A DNA stretch of 59,130 nt, filler included, from Acidimicrobiia bacterium (GTDB lineage: Bacteria; Actinomycetota; Acidimicrobiia; Spongiisociales; JAHEDJ01), in assembly GCA_029210695.1 (NCBI GenBank). It is 5 parts of 5 records of this genome, joined end to end, with 100 filler letters (N's around TTAATTAATTAA, not from the genome) between each part and the next. Parts side by side here need not be neighbours in the genome. Positions count along the whole stretch, not along the records: positions 24,906 to 36,653 come from JARGFH010000084.1; positions 36,754 to 47,912 come from JARGFH010000086.1; 3 more parts are not named here. One strand, given 5' to 3'. Each line of letters starts with the position of its first letter. Position 1 is the first letter of the stretch. Positions 28,068 through 36,866 of this stretch are shown in pieces. The notes under the pieces are model-generated. The model did no database searches. It saw nothing but the letters and a program-made list of their open reading frames with translations, and had not been told where the DNA came from. The translations under genes and the position numbers were made by a program.

Positions 28068-28898
28068 GTGACTCGACTCACCACCCTCGCCAGAGCCGTC
28101 GACCCCCGCATCCCGTCACACCGGGTGGTGCTGCTCATTTCAGGGATCGCTGCGGCGGCCGCCTGGGGGCTGGCTCCGGACGGCGATGGCGTCCGACTGG
28201 CACTCAACGCAGGCGTCGCGTCGTTCCTCGCCTGGGCGATCGGTCGCGAACTCGACCCGGATCGGCCAAATGCGGCGGCGGTGGCCGCCGTGCTGGCGGG
28301 AATCGCGATCATCACCGTGGGCGAGGCGCTGCTCTTTCCAACGCTGCTCGCACTGCTGGCGATCAGGGTGTTGCACCGGTCAACCGGGCTGCCTCCCACT
28401 CTGTTCGATCTGATCGCGCTGCCGGGAGCTGCATTCGCTGGGGCGAGTTCGACTATTGGCTGGACGGCCGGTCTCGCACTGGCATTCGCGGTGGCGAGAG
28501 ATCACCGCCTGCCCGACCCTGCACCTCGCCGCCAACTCGCCGCCGCCTTCTTCATCGCCTCTGCTGCTACCGCCGGCGCCCTCATCAGTGGTTCACCGGA
28601 CGATTGGACGGCTCCTGCGGCCGGGCAGGCGATCGTGCTCGCCGTTGGTGTTTTCGCCGGCCTCAGTATGCGGATCTACGAACCGCGCTCGGTTGCCGAC
28701 CATACCGGAGGTCTCCTCATCGCCCGCCGGCTCCAGAGCGCCCGGGTCGGCGCCATTGGCGCAGGCCTGCTGGCGGCCGCGGTGGGCGGAGGTGCCGGCA
28801 TTGCGGCGCTCATCCCACTATGGGCGGCGATCGCCGGCGTTGCAGCATGGGATCGAGTAGGACCCGACCAGGTGTCCTACTCCGAGAGGACAAGGTAG
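28068..28898 (+). CDS. Hypothetical multi-pass membrane protein
   Basis: Many hydrophobic segments, WAIGRELDPD and RSTG motifs. Start GTG 6 nt after a TACGTT box. Confidence 0.75.
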   Translation: MTRLTTLARAVDPRIPSHRVVLLISGIAAAAAWGLAPDGDGVRLALNAGVASFLAWAIGRELDPDRPNAAAVAAVLAGIAIITVGEALLFPTLLALLAIRVLHRSTGLPPTLFDLIALPGAAFAGASSTIGWTAGLALAFAVARDHRLPDPAPRRQLAAAFFIASAATAGALISGSPDDWTAPAAGQAIVLAVGVFAGLSMRIYEPRSVADHTGGLLIARRLQSARVGAIGAGLLAAAVGGGAGIAALIPLWAAIAGVAAWDRVGPDQVSYSERTR

Positions 28899-28902
28899 GA
28901 AC

Positions 28903-28933
28903 ACTCGCGACTCGCGACCCGTCACTCGCGACT
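28903..28933. repeat. Heptamer tandem repeat (ACTCGCG-type, 4 units)
   Basis: actcgcg-actcgcg-acccgtc-actcgcg between convergent genes. Confidence 0.65.
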
Positions 28934-29335
28934 TATTTCAAACGTGCTTTCGATGTTGGCCGTCGCCGCCAGCATTGTGTAGGCCGAGCAAATCTTGTTA
29001 TCGCTCAGCCAGATCGCCCGCTCGAGCCGTTGCGGATCGACGTCACCTACGATGCGATAGTGCAGTGCAATGTTGGTCCAGATCCGGGGAGGCTCAGGGG
29101 CCCTTTCACCGGAAACGTCGACCTCCAACGAGGAGAACGACTGCCGCATCTTGTCGAGAATCTCGACGACATTGGTACTGCTGCACGTAGCCAGGCCGAC
29201 CAGGAGTAGTTCCATGGGACCCGGTCCCGATGGGTGTTCGGCCGAAGCACCCTCGACCCGGAGGTCGTGGCCGGAGCGGGTGTGAACGTCGAACGCGATG
29301 CCTTGATCGTGAACTGCTGTGATGATCTTCTGCAT
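28922..29335 (-). CDS. OsmC family protein
   Basis: GPMELLLVGLATC...KICSA two-cysteine pattern. Start set at MQKI. Confidence 0.9.
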   Translation of the reverse strand: MQKIITAVHDQGIAFDVHTRSGHDLRVEGASAEHPSGPGPMELLLVGLATCSSTNVVEILDKMRQSFSSLEVDVSGERAPEPPRIWTNIALHYRIVGDVDPQRLERAIWLSDNKICSAYTMLAATANIESTFEISRE

Positions 29336-29460
29336 GAGCACAGTATGGCGGAGGGCCGGGTGTCCCACGGCGAGTGCCGTTTGGCCCCTTGGGTCACGCT
29401 GGGCGCGGGAGGACCATGGATTCAGGTGGGGCCGGTGTTCGGCGTCCACGTGCCGAAAGG

Positions 29461-30816
29461 ATGGCTGGGGTGATCACTGAAGGTGAGTTGAATCCGCTAC
29501 GGGTTGCCAATCATCAGTTCAACCAGGCAGCGCCGTTTCTCAAACAGTTCCATGACGGCGCCGGCCTGCGCGAGTGGTTGTTCGAACCCGAACAGGTAGT
29601 TCGGGTTTCACTCCCGGTGCGAATGGACGACGGCCACGTTGAGGTCTTCCGCGGCTACCGGGTCCTCCACTCGAATGCCCGGGGCCCGGGCAAGGGAGGA
29701 TTCCGATTTCACCCGAGCGTCAATGAAGAAGAAGTCCGGGCGCTGGCTGCATGGATGACCTGGAAATGCGCACTGCTCGACATACCATTTGGTGGTGCCA
29801 AGGGCGGCGTAGCGTGCGATGCCCGGATGCTGTCCGAAGGCGAGAAGGCGCGAGTTACCCGGCGCTATATATCTGCACTGGGCGACAACATCGGACCACA
29901 CACCGACATTCCGGCCCCCGACCTCTACACCGATCAGCAGACGATGGCCTGGGTATTCGATACCTACTCGATGATGCACCCGGGCGAGAACTGTTTTCCG
30001 GTTGTCACCGGCAAGCCCCTCGACCTCGGAGGATCGCTCGGACGGGATAGCGCCACCGCCATGGGCAGCATGTACGTGACCGAGCATTTCCTCGAACTGG
30101 GCGGATTGCCCGGCTTGACCTCACTCGACGGAGCCGAAGTCGCCATCCAGGGATTCGGAAACGCCGGCCGGTGGGCGGCCAAACTCTACGAAGGAGCGGG
30201 CGCCCGCATCGTGGCGGTCAGCGACTCACGAGGCGGAATCTACGATCCGGACGGCCTTGACGTTTCGCGGATCGAGGATCACAAAGATGCCACCGGCAGT
30301 GTCGTCGACTTCCCGGGCACGAAGCCACTGGCGACCAAGGAGGTCCTCGAAGTACCGTGCGACATCCTCGTACCGGCGGCCATGGAGAATCAGATCCTCC
30401 AGAGCAATGCCGGTCGGATCCAGGCCCGATTGATCGTTGAAGCCGCCAACGGTCCGACCACACCGGAGGCCGATGCCATCCTCCATGAGCGTGGCATCAT
30501 CGTCCTTCCCGACATCCTCGCCAACGCCGGCGGCGTCGTGGTCAGCTACTACGAATGGGTTCAGAATCTCCAGAACCAGCAATGGGAGGAGCACGAGGTT
30601 CAGGAGAAGCTGCGCAAGAAGATGTATCGAGCGACGAATCAGGTCGTGACCAGTCGGGCCGGTCTGCTGGATGCGATCGATCACCATCGGGCGACGTGGG
30701 CCCGACTCCGCCCGGAGGATCCACCCGTCGACGCTCCAACGCTTCGCACAGCCGCCTACGTCGTGGCAGTCGGCCGGTGCGCCGACACCCTTCTCGAGCG
30801 AGGGATTTGGCCCTGA
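29461..30816 (+). CDS. gdhA: Glutamate dehydrogenase (Glu/Leu/Phe/Val family)
   Basis: GPGKGGFRF, MTWKCA, GGAKGG, DIPAPD, VTGKP, QGFGN, EAANGP, ANAGGV. Start is 29461 or 29470. Confidence 0.93.
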   Translation: MAGVITEGELNPLRVANHQFNQAAPFLKQFHDGAGLREWLFEPEQVVRVSLPVRMDDGHVEVFRGYRVLHSNARGPGKGGFRFHPSVNEEEVRALAAWMTWKCALLDIPFGGAKGGVACDARMLSEGEKARVTRRYISALGDNIGPHTDIPAPDLYTDQQTMAWVFDTYSMMHPGENCFPVVTGKPLDLGGSLGRDSATAMGSMYVTEHFLELGGLPGLTSLDGAEVAIQGFGNAGRWAAKLYEGAGARIVAVSDSRGGIYDPDGLDVSRIEDHKDATGSVVDFPGTKPLATKEVLEVPCDILVPAAMENQILQSNAGRIQARLIVEAANGPTTPEADAILHERGIIVLPDILANAGGVVVSYYEWVQNLQNQQWEEHEVQEKLRKKMYRATNQVVTSRAGLLDAIDHHRATWARLRPEDPPVDAPTLRTAAYVVAVGRCADTLLERGIWP

Positions 30817-30824
30817 GAGAAGAA

Positions 30825-30890
30825 GTTCTAGGTTGTAGGTTGTAATTGCCGGGAAACCAGCCAGAACCCAGAACCTATTACCTAAGACCT
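30825..30890. repeat. Inverted heptamer-repeat element (GTTCTAG)n...(CTAGAAC)n between convergent genes
   Basis: gttctag-gttgtag-gttgtaa, spacer, then ccagaac-ccagaac-ctattac-ctaagac. Confidence 0.7.
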
Positions 30891-30893
30891 CTT

Positions 30894-32279
30894 TTAGATT
30901 TCCTCGAAGCGGGCCTGGAAGAAACGGAGTTCTTCCGGCTCGTAGGTGAACTTCAGGCCGCCGACGCTTTCACGATGCTCGTAGACCTCAACCACCGACT
31001 CAGCGGTCACATCCATGTGCGCCTGGGTGTAGACGCGCCGCGGAATCGCCATGCGTACAAGTTCGAGTTTCGGATAGCGGTGATCGCCGGTGGCGGGATC
31101 ACGGCCGGCCGAAACGACCCCGCGCTCCATGCCCCGTACCCCGGAGTCGACGTAGAGAGCAGCCGTCAGTGACTGCGCCGGAAACTGGTCTTGTGCAAGG
31201 TGGGGCAGGATGGCCGCCGCGTCCAGGAAAATCCCATGGCCACCGATGGGCTGCACCAGGGGGATGCCGGCCTTGAGCAGCGCATTGCCGAGGTACTCGA
31301 CCTGCCCGATCCGCGCCCTGACGTGATCGTCGGTGTCGACCATCTCGTGGATCCCGCGGGCCAGCGCCTCCATGTCACGCCCGGACATGCCGCCGTAGGT
31401 ATGCAGCCCTTCGAACTTCACGAGCATGGCGCGGGCCCGCCTGGCGAGTTCGGGATCGCGTACCGCCAGGAACCCACCGATGTTGACGAGGTTGTCCTTC
31501 TTGGATGACACGGTGGCGCCGTCCGAGTAGGAGCAGATCTCCAGCATGATGTCCTTGACAGACTTGTTCTCGTAGCCCCCTTCACGCTGTTGAATGAAGT
31601 AGGCGTTCTCGAGGGCGCGGGTGGCATCGAGCATCACCGGAATGCCGTTCGCACGACACAACTCGTAGGTCGCCTTGAGGTTGGCCATCGACATCGGCTG
31701 GCCGCCGGCCATGTTGACGTTGGTTTCCACCGAGATGTAGGGGATCTTGTCGGCGCCCACCTCGTCGATCAGCCTCTGGAGCTTGACGAGGTCGACGTTG
31801 CCCTTGAAAGGGTGCTCGACAGAAGGCATGTGCGCCTCGTCGATGATCACGTCGACGAAGACGCCGCCGGCATACTCCTGATGAAACCGCGTCGTCGTGA
31901 AATACATGTTGCCCGGTACGTAGTCACCCGGCGAGATCAGCAACTGGCTGAGGATGTGCTCGGCGCCGCGACCCTGATGCGTTGGTATCAACTCGGGATA
32001 TCCGTACACCTCCTGCACCGCATCGACGAGGTGGTAGAAGCTCCTGGATCCGGCGTACGACTCGTCCCCGACCATGAGGCCTGCCCACTGGTAGTCCGAC
32101 ATGGCCGAGGTGCCAGAGTCGGTTAGCAGGTCGATGTACACGTCGTCTGAGCGCAGCAGAAAGCTGTTGAACCCGGCGGTACGGATGGCTTCCTCACGGT
32201 GAGCGCGGGTGGTCATCTTGATGGGCTCGACCACTTTGATCTTGTAGGGCTCTGCCCAACTGCGACGATGCTGTTCCAT
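30894..32279 (-). CDS. tpl: Tyrosine phenol-lyase (beta-eliminating lyase)
   Basis: IDLLTDSGT, GDESYAGS, HQGRGAE, SSKKD (PLP lysine). TPL-type residues NMYFTTTR, ERGVVSAGR and LRFF rather than the tryptophanase FDTT/LRHF. Confidence 0.85.
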   Translation of the reverse strand: MEQHRRSWAEPYKIKVVEPIKMTTRAHREEAIRTAGFNSFLLRSDDVYIDLLTDSGTSAMSDYQWAGLMVGDESYAGSRSFYHLVDAVQEVYGYPELIPTHQGRGAEHILSQLLISPGDYVPGNMYFTTTRFHQEYAGGVFVDVIIDEAHMPSVEHPFKGNVDLVKLQRLIDEVGADKIPYISVETNVNMAGGQPMSMANLKATYELCRANGIPVMLDATRALENAYFIQQREGGYENKSVKDIMLEICSYSDGATVSSKKDNLVNIGGFLAVRDPELARRARAMLVKFEGLHTYGGMSGRDMEALARGIHEMVDTDDHVRARIGQVEYLGNALLKAGIPLVQPIGGHGIFLDAAAILPHLAQDQFPAQSLTAALYVDSGVRGMERGVVSAGRDPATGDHRYPKLELVRMAIPRRVYTQAHMDVTAESVVEVYEHRESVGGLKFTYEPEELRFFQARFEEI

Positions 32280-32317
32280 GATGACCTCCTGCGGCCTCGA
32301 GGTGAGGAACGCTCAGT

Positions 32318-35218
32318 CTACGCCGAGGCGACCTTCAGTTCGCCGGCGGCCGGCAGCGTCAGGATGAAGCAACTCCTGCCGTCTTCCCGGTCGTAACCGA
32401 GGTCACCGCCCATGAGACGAGCCAGCTTCCGTGAAACATGCAAGCCAAGCCCGATCGACCCGGGCTGCCCGGCGGAAGCGTGCGCCCGGAAATAGGCGGC
32501 GAAGACCCGGTCCCGATGCTTTTCATCGATGCCCCGACCGTCGTCGATCACCCGCATGACCACGAATGGGCCGCGCCGAGCCGTCTCGACCTCGACGTTC
32601 GGCCCTCCATACTTCATGGCGTTGGTCAGCAAATTGCGGACGATCTGCCTGACCCGAGCCGGGTCGGCCGCGGCGCGTTCGCCGTTGCTTCGAACGCTCA
32701 CACGGGATCCCAGGTCGGATGGCTGTCCGGCCAGCACCGCCGCAATCTGCTCCCCGAGATTGAGATCAATCGCCACCGCAGCCAGCGTGCCGATGTCCGC
32801 CCGGGCGTACACGAGCAAGTCCTCGACAATCCATGCAACATCCTGGGCCTCACGGTTGATCAGGTCGAGCATTTCGAGGCGATCGGAATCCGACAGATCG
32901 TCGAATCCCTCACGGATGACGTTCGTGAACCCGAGTACCGCAGTCAACGGTGTGCGGATCTCATGGCTGATCGAAGCGATGAACTCGTCCTTTGAGGCCA
33001 CCAACTGCTCGAGGCGCCTGCTCGTCTCCTGCCGCTCCAGATAGGAACCAACCAGTCCTCCGGCGGTACGTAACACGCCGATGTCGTTCTCGTGCCACTC
33101 CCGCCGCTGGAGATAGTCGGCGAATCCGATCGCCCCCGTCCACTTCCCGAACACAAAGACGGGAATCACCAACTCGCTCCTCAAACCATCAGCTTCATAG
33201 ATAGATCGCTCGGTGCCCTCGTCCAGATCCTCCGTATGAAGGATGGACGCTTCACCTCGAGCCAGGCGCCCGGGAGTCGTCGGTGTATCGCGGTGCGACC
33301 CACCCATCCACAGGTCCGCAATGTGCACGCCTTCCAGGTTCGGTGGCTGCAGCGCGTGCACAACCCGGGACGACATCCCGGCATCCGGGTCGTCGAATAC
33401 CTCTTCCAGCCACATGTAGTCGGCGCCGGTCACTGCTGCCAGATGTTCGAAGGCGGCTTCAAGCGCATCCTCTCGCCCGGAGATGAGTTCGCGCGACACC
33501 TTCGCCAGGGCTTCCTCGTAGGCGAGGCGGGTATTCAAGGACGTCACCGTTTCTTGCCGATCCCAAAACGCGCCAACCATCTCTCCGGCCGTGCGAAGGA
33601 ACCGGATGTCCTCTTCGGTCCAGCGCCGCTCGTCTTGAGAGTCGCTGAAACCGATGGTCCCCCGCCACTCGCCCCGCACGAAAATCGGCAGGCAGAGCTC
33701 ACTCAGAATCCCGTCGGCCAGATACAACCCTCTCTCTGGATCAGCCAAATCAGTCGTTGCAATTGCCGATGGCTCGCCGCGCTGCAGCTTCGCATACAAC
33801 GAAGGAAGCGCACTGAAAGGTCCACTCCAAGGCTGGGCGGTCGGGTCGATCCCGGGAGCTCCTTCGTCGGCCGCCCAGTGAGTGATGCGGGCGCACGGCC
33901 CCAGCTCGTCGTCCTGAAAATTCTCCTCGACAAACACGATGTCGGCTGCCGTCGCCTCGAGCAGCGCCCCGAGGGCATCGTCGATGGCCGACTCACGGGA
34001 AGCCAGCAATGCTCCGGATCTTTGGGCGAGCGCGTGCTCGAGCCGGTGCCGGTACTCGAGATTCGCCATCGCCTCCTTCAGCTGCTCTCGCGCCTCGATG
34101 CGTTCCCAGTAGGCGGCGATCAGTTCGGCAGCAGTTCGCAGCAACTCGATGTCATGGGAATCCCCGAGACTGTCGGCGCCGATGTCGTTGAATCCGATCA
34201 ACCCGACCCACGAACCCCGGACCATGATCGGAATACTCAGCTCGGTCGTGTGCCCCGTCCCCTTGTACCTGGCGCGTTCGACGGACGGTAAATCGGCAAC
34301 CTGAAAGGCAACCGGCCGACCATTTGACAAACCGGCAAAGGACACCGGCATCTCACTCCAGGGCACCAGCGTCCACCGGTCCACCGGATCAGGTTCCGTC
34401 CCCTCCATGAGTACCTCGGCGACCAGCGTGGAGCACAGACCCCGCTCAGGATCGTCGACGTTCTGCTCGACGAATACGGCCGTAGCCTCAGTGGCGACTA
34501 GCAGGGCGCCCAGCGCACGATCGAGCGAAGTATCCGAATCGCCGGTGGCGAACGCCCGGGAACAAGCCGAGATCGCCTTCTCGAACCGGACCTTCCGATC
34601 CAGGGACACCCTGATGCTGCCCATTGCCCGACTCGTGAAGGCGAACATCACGATGAGGCTGGCAACGAACACGCCGGCCATGAGCAGGGAGATGAATACG
34701 GCTCTGCTCCCACTTTCCGGCTCCCACCAGAGGCCTGATCCGATGAGCAGCAAACTCAACCACCCGACGGCGTAGCCGACCGGGAGTGCGGCGCGTTGTG
34801 GAGGTAGCAGCAGGAACGCGGTGGCGATCAAATAGGCGAACGGGATCGCGATGACTGCGGGCGGGGTGCGGAGGAGCCAGAGAGTCAGACCCATCAACGT
34901 CGTGTCGAACATCACCGAGCCGACAACCGATCCCATCACCTTCGTGCGCCGAAGCAGCGCGTCGACTCCCAAAACCAACCCCAGGACCGACACTCCGAAC
35001 GCAGCCGGCCAATCCAGCACAACGCCCAGTACGAGACCGAGACAAACGGCCGCGATCGCGATCGGGCCACGCAATGAGAGCCAGCGGCGATAGAGCATCG
35101 GGAATCCAACCGACGATCCGGTGAAGCCTGTCAGTTCGGCGTCAGGCCACTTCGAGGGCTCGCCGCGATCAGCGGTGTGCTCAGATATCCAACGACTCCC
35201 TGACTTCGTTGCGGGCAC
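32318..35218 (-). CDS. Membrane sensor histidine kinase with three tandem GAF domains
   Basis: N-terminal TM helices, three repeats containing ELxxPIxVxGxWxGxIGF, HisKA SHEIRTPL, and HATPase N/G boxes. Start uncertain (possibly 35098). Confidence 0.9.
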   Translation of the reverse strand: MPATKSGSRWISEHTADRGEPSKWPDAELTGFTGSSVGFPMLYRRWLSLRGPIAIAAVCLGLVLGVVLDWPAAFGVSVLGLVLGVDALLRRTKVMGSVVGSVMFDTTLMGLTLWLLRTPPAVIAIPFAYLIATAFLLLPPQRAALPVGYAVGWLSLLLIGSGLWWEPESGSRAVFISLLMAGVFVASLIVMFAFTSRAMGSIRVSLDRKVRFEKAISACSRAFATGDSDTSLDRALGALLVATEATAVFVEQNVDDPERGLCSTLVAEVLMEGTEPDPVDRWTLVPWSEMPVSFAGLSNGRPVAFQVADLPSVERARYKGTGHTTELSIPIMVRGSWVGLIGFNDIGADSLGDSHDIELLRTAAELIAAYWERIEAREQLKEAMANLEYRHRLEHALAQRSGALLASRESAIDDALGALLEATAADIVFVEENFQDDELGPCARITHWAADEGAPGIDPTAQPWSGPFSALPSLYAKLQRGEPSAIATTDLADPERGLYLADGILSELCLPIFVRGEWRGTIGFSDSQDERRWTEEDIRFLRTAGEMVGAFWDRQETVTSLNTRLAYEEALAKVSRELISGREDALEAAFEHLAAVTGADYMWLEEVFDDPDAGMSSRVVHALQPPNLEGVHIADLWMGGSHRDTPTTPGRLARGEASILHTEDLDEGTERSIYEADGLRSELVIPVFVFGKWTGAIGFADYLQRREWHENDIGVLRTAGGLVGSYLERQETSRRLEQLVASKDEFIASISHEIRTPLTAVLGFTNVIREGFDDLSDSDRLEMLDLINREAQDVAWIVEDLLVYARADIGTLAAVAIDLNLGEQIAAVLAGQPSDLGSRVSVRSNGERAAADPARVRQIVRNLLTNAMKYGGPNVEVETARRGPFVVMRVIDDGRGIDEKHRDRVFAAYFRAHASAGQPGSIGLGLHVSRKLARLMGGDLGYDREDGRSCFILTLPAAGELKVASA

Positions 35219-35279
35219 GAGGTCCGCACTGCGCGCGGATCAATAGCCTTATCGACTCAGGAAGCCCGGCCCTTGACGG

Positions 35280-36344
35280 TTACCGGTCCGGCAGCGCCAC
35301 ACTCACAAGATAGTCATCAGCGTCTTCGTTCCAGCTGAGCTCGATGAGGCCCCGAGCCTGAGCGGCCTTGCAGAACTGGAGGAAACCGCCGAATCCGTAG
35401 CGCTTCTCTGTGAACTTCGGATCCTGCTTGCGCAGCTGGTTCTTCAAACCCGAGAGGGCCGGAGGGCCTTCCGAGGTTTCGAGCCGGGCAACGACCGACA
35501 AGAGCAATGAGAACGCCTCATCTTCGCCGCTGTCCTCGCTGCGAAAGTCGACCACCGGATCGCCTTTGGCGCTGCCTTCGGTCAGCTCGAGCACTTTGCG
35601 CTGCTCCATGTGCCGCAACAACTCTCCGAAGGCACGGAACCCGAAGTCGGCCTCGTTGAAGGTCGGATCTTTGCGGATGAGAGCCCGTTTGAGAGAGGAG
35701 GCGAGAACGGCACCCTGCGCGGTGCGCTGAAGGCCGGACAGGGTCTGGGTAACCAGTTGGTCGAGGTCTTCGAGCCCTTTGGTCTCCAATTCGACCCTGG
35801 GCTCCTCTTGGCGATCGCTCGTCCGGCGGCCGGGTTTCTTGGATCCGCCCCGCGCCCCGGCCGGTACCTCGACGCCTTCGAGCCGCTCATAGAAGAGAAA
35901 CTCATCACAGGCCGGGGGCAGCAGCGCACTCGTCGAGTCCTTGACGCCGACCCCGATGACCCGCCGGTTCAACTCGCGGAGCTTGTGAACCAACGGGGTG
36001 AAATCACTGTCGCCGGTGCCGATGACGAACGTCGTGAGGTAGTCGCGCTCGAAGGCGAGTTCGAGGGCGTCGACGGCCATCTTGATGTCAGCCGAGTTCT
36101 TCCTCGACGCACCCATCCGCTGCGGGATGTCGATCAACTCCACATGATTGCGGGTCAGCATCCGGCGATCCTCATCGAACATCGACCAGTCGCCGTAGGC
36201 GCGGCGAACCACCACCCGTCCCCGTTCGGCGAGCGCGTCGGCGATCGGTTTGAGATCGAAAGTCACGCCCAGGTTGTCGCGCGCTCCGATGGCCAGGTTC
36301 TCGTAGTCGAGGAATAGGGCAATGCGTTCTTCTTCGGGTGCCAT
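35280..36344 (-). CDS. NYN (LabA/DUF88) domain protein with two OST-HTH/LOTUS domains
   Basis: FLDYEN, KNSADIKMAVD, GDSDFTPL, DEFLFY, two DPxFxExxxGF repeats. Start ATG 36344 after TACGCT. Confidence 0.92.
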   Translation of the reverse strand: MAPEEERIALFLDYENLAIGARDNLGVTFDLKPIADALAERGRVVVRRAYGDWSMFDEDRRMLTRNHVELIDIPQRMGASRKNSADIKMAVDALELAFERDYLTTFVIGTGDSDFTPLVHKLRELNRRVIGVGVKDSTSALLPPACDEFLFYERLEGVEVPAGARGGSKKPGRRTSDRQEEPRVELETKGLEDLDQLVTQTLSGLQRTAQGAVLASSLKRALIRKDPTFNEADFGFRAFGELLRHMEQRKVLELTEGSAKGDPVVDFRSEDSGEDEAFSLLLSVVARLETSEGPPALSGLKNQLRKQDPKFTEKRYGFGGFLQFCKAAQARGLIELSWNEDADDYLVSVALPDR

Positions 36345-36481
36345 GAGTTTCAGCGTAGCCGCCGTGGCGTGGTCCACATCCCCGCGCCGGGACTAGTTCC
36401 ACTGTGCGCTGGAGCAAGAGTCCCCAAGTTTCGCGATCAAGTTCCGATGTATGACGAAAGAACCAAGGACTGGGAGGTCTC

Positions 36482-36592
36482 ATGGGACAAATGATCGGTA
36501 GCGGTCTCACCTGGGATGGTGGGAGGTCGAGACGCATCGCAATCTTGTTGATTGCGCTCTGTTTGGCTGTTGTGATTGTCAACACCGCCTGA
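36482..36592 (+). pseudogene. 5' stub of a secreted/membrane protein gene truncated by IS21
   Basis: GGAGG RBS, then MGQM...RSRRIAILLIALCLAVVI (signal-peptide-like), running into the IS21 terminus where it stops. Confidence 0.45.
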
Positions 36593-36653
36593 AAATTGAC
36601 CCCCTGGCACCGGTTGAAAATTGACCCCCCGGGCCGGGTTTTGGTCACTCTGT
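36577..36653. mobile_element. IS21-family terminus (partial, contig edge)
   Basis: Starts TGTCAACACCG. Two subterminal repeats GAAAATTGACCCCC at 36591-36604 and 36616-36629. Confidence 0.8.
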
Positions 36654-36753
36654 NNNNNNNNNNNNNNNNNNNNNNNNNNNNNNNNNNNNNNNNNNNNTTA
36701 ATTAATTAANNNNNNNNNNNNNNNNNNNNNNNNNNNNNNNNNNNNNNNNNNNN
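36654..36753. other. Artificial contig linker
   Basis: N-TTAATTAATTAA-N. Confidence 0.99.
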
Positions 36754-36828
36754 GAAGAAATCATTGCCAAAGTCAAACGAGGACGAGCCGCCCTCAACCA
36801 GATCACTGAATCCGCGACAGACCACTAG
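36754..36828 (+). mobile_element. IS630-family right end with transposase C-terminus (partial)
   Basis: Frame EEIIAKVKRGRAALNQITESATDH*, with the stop inside the terminal ...GACCAC-TAG. IR shared with 60-74. Confidence 0.8.
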
Positions 36829-36866
36829 AACCATCCAATCGCGGGGAGCATCGCGAGTCCCATTTG

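Noticed and set aside
30894..32279. Tryptophanase (tnaA)
   Set aside because: The residue pattern (FTTT, SAGR, RFF) is TPL-type, and no tnaC leader was seen.
36829..36866. tRNA-Gln/Glu genes often found after gltX
   Set aside because: No cloverleaf or T-loop is visible, and the contig is cut by IS630 here.
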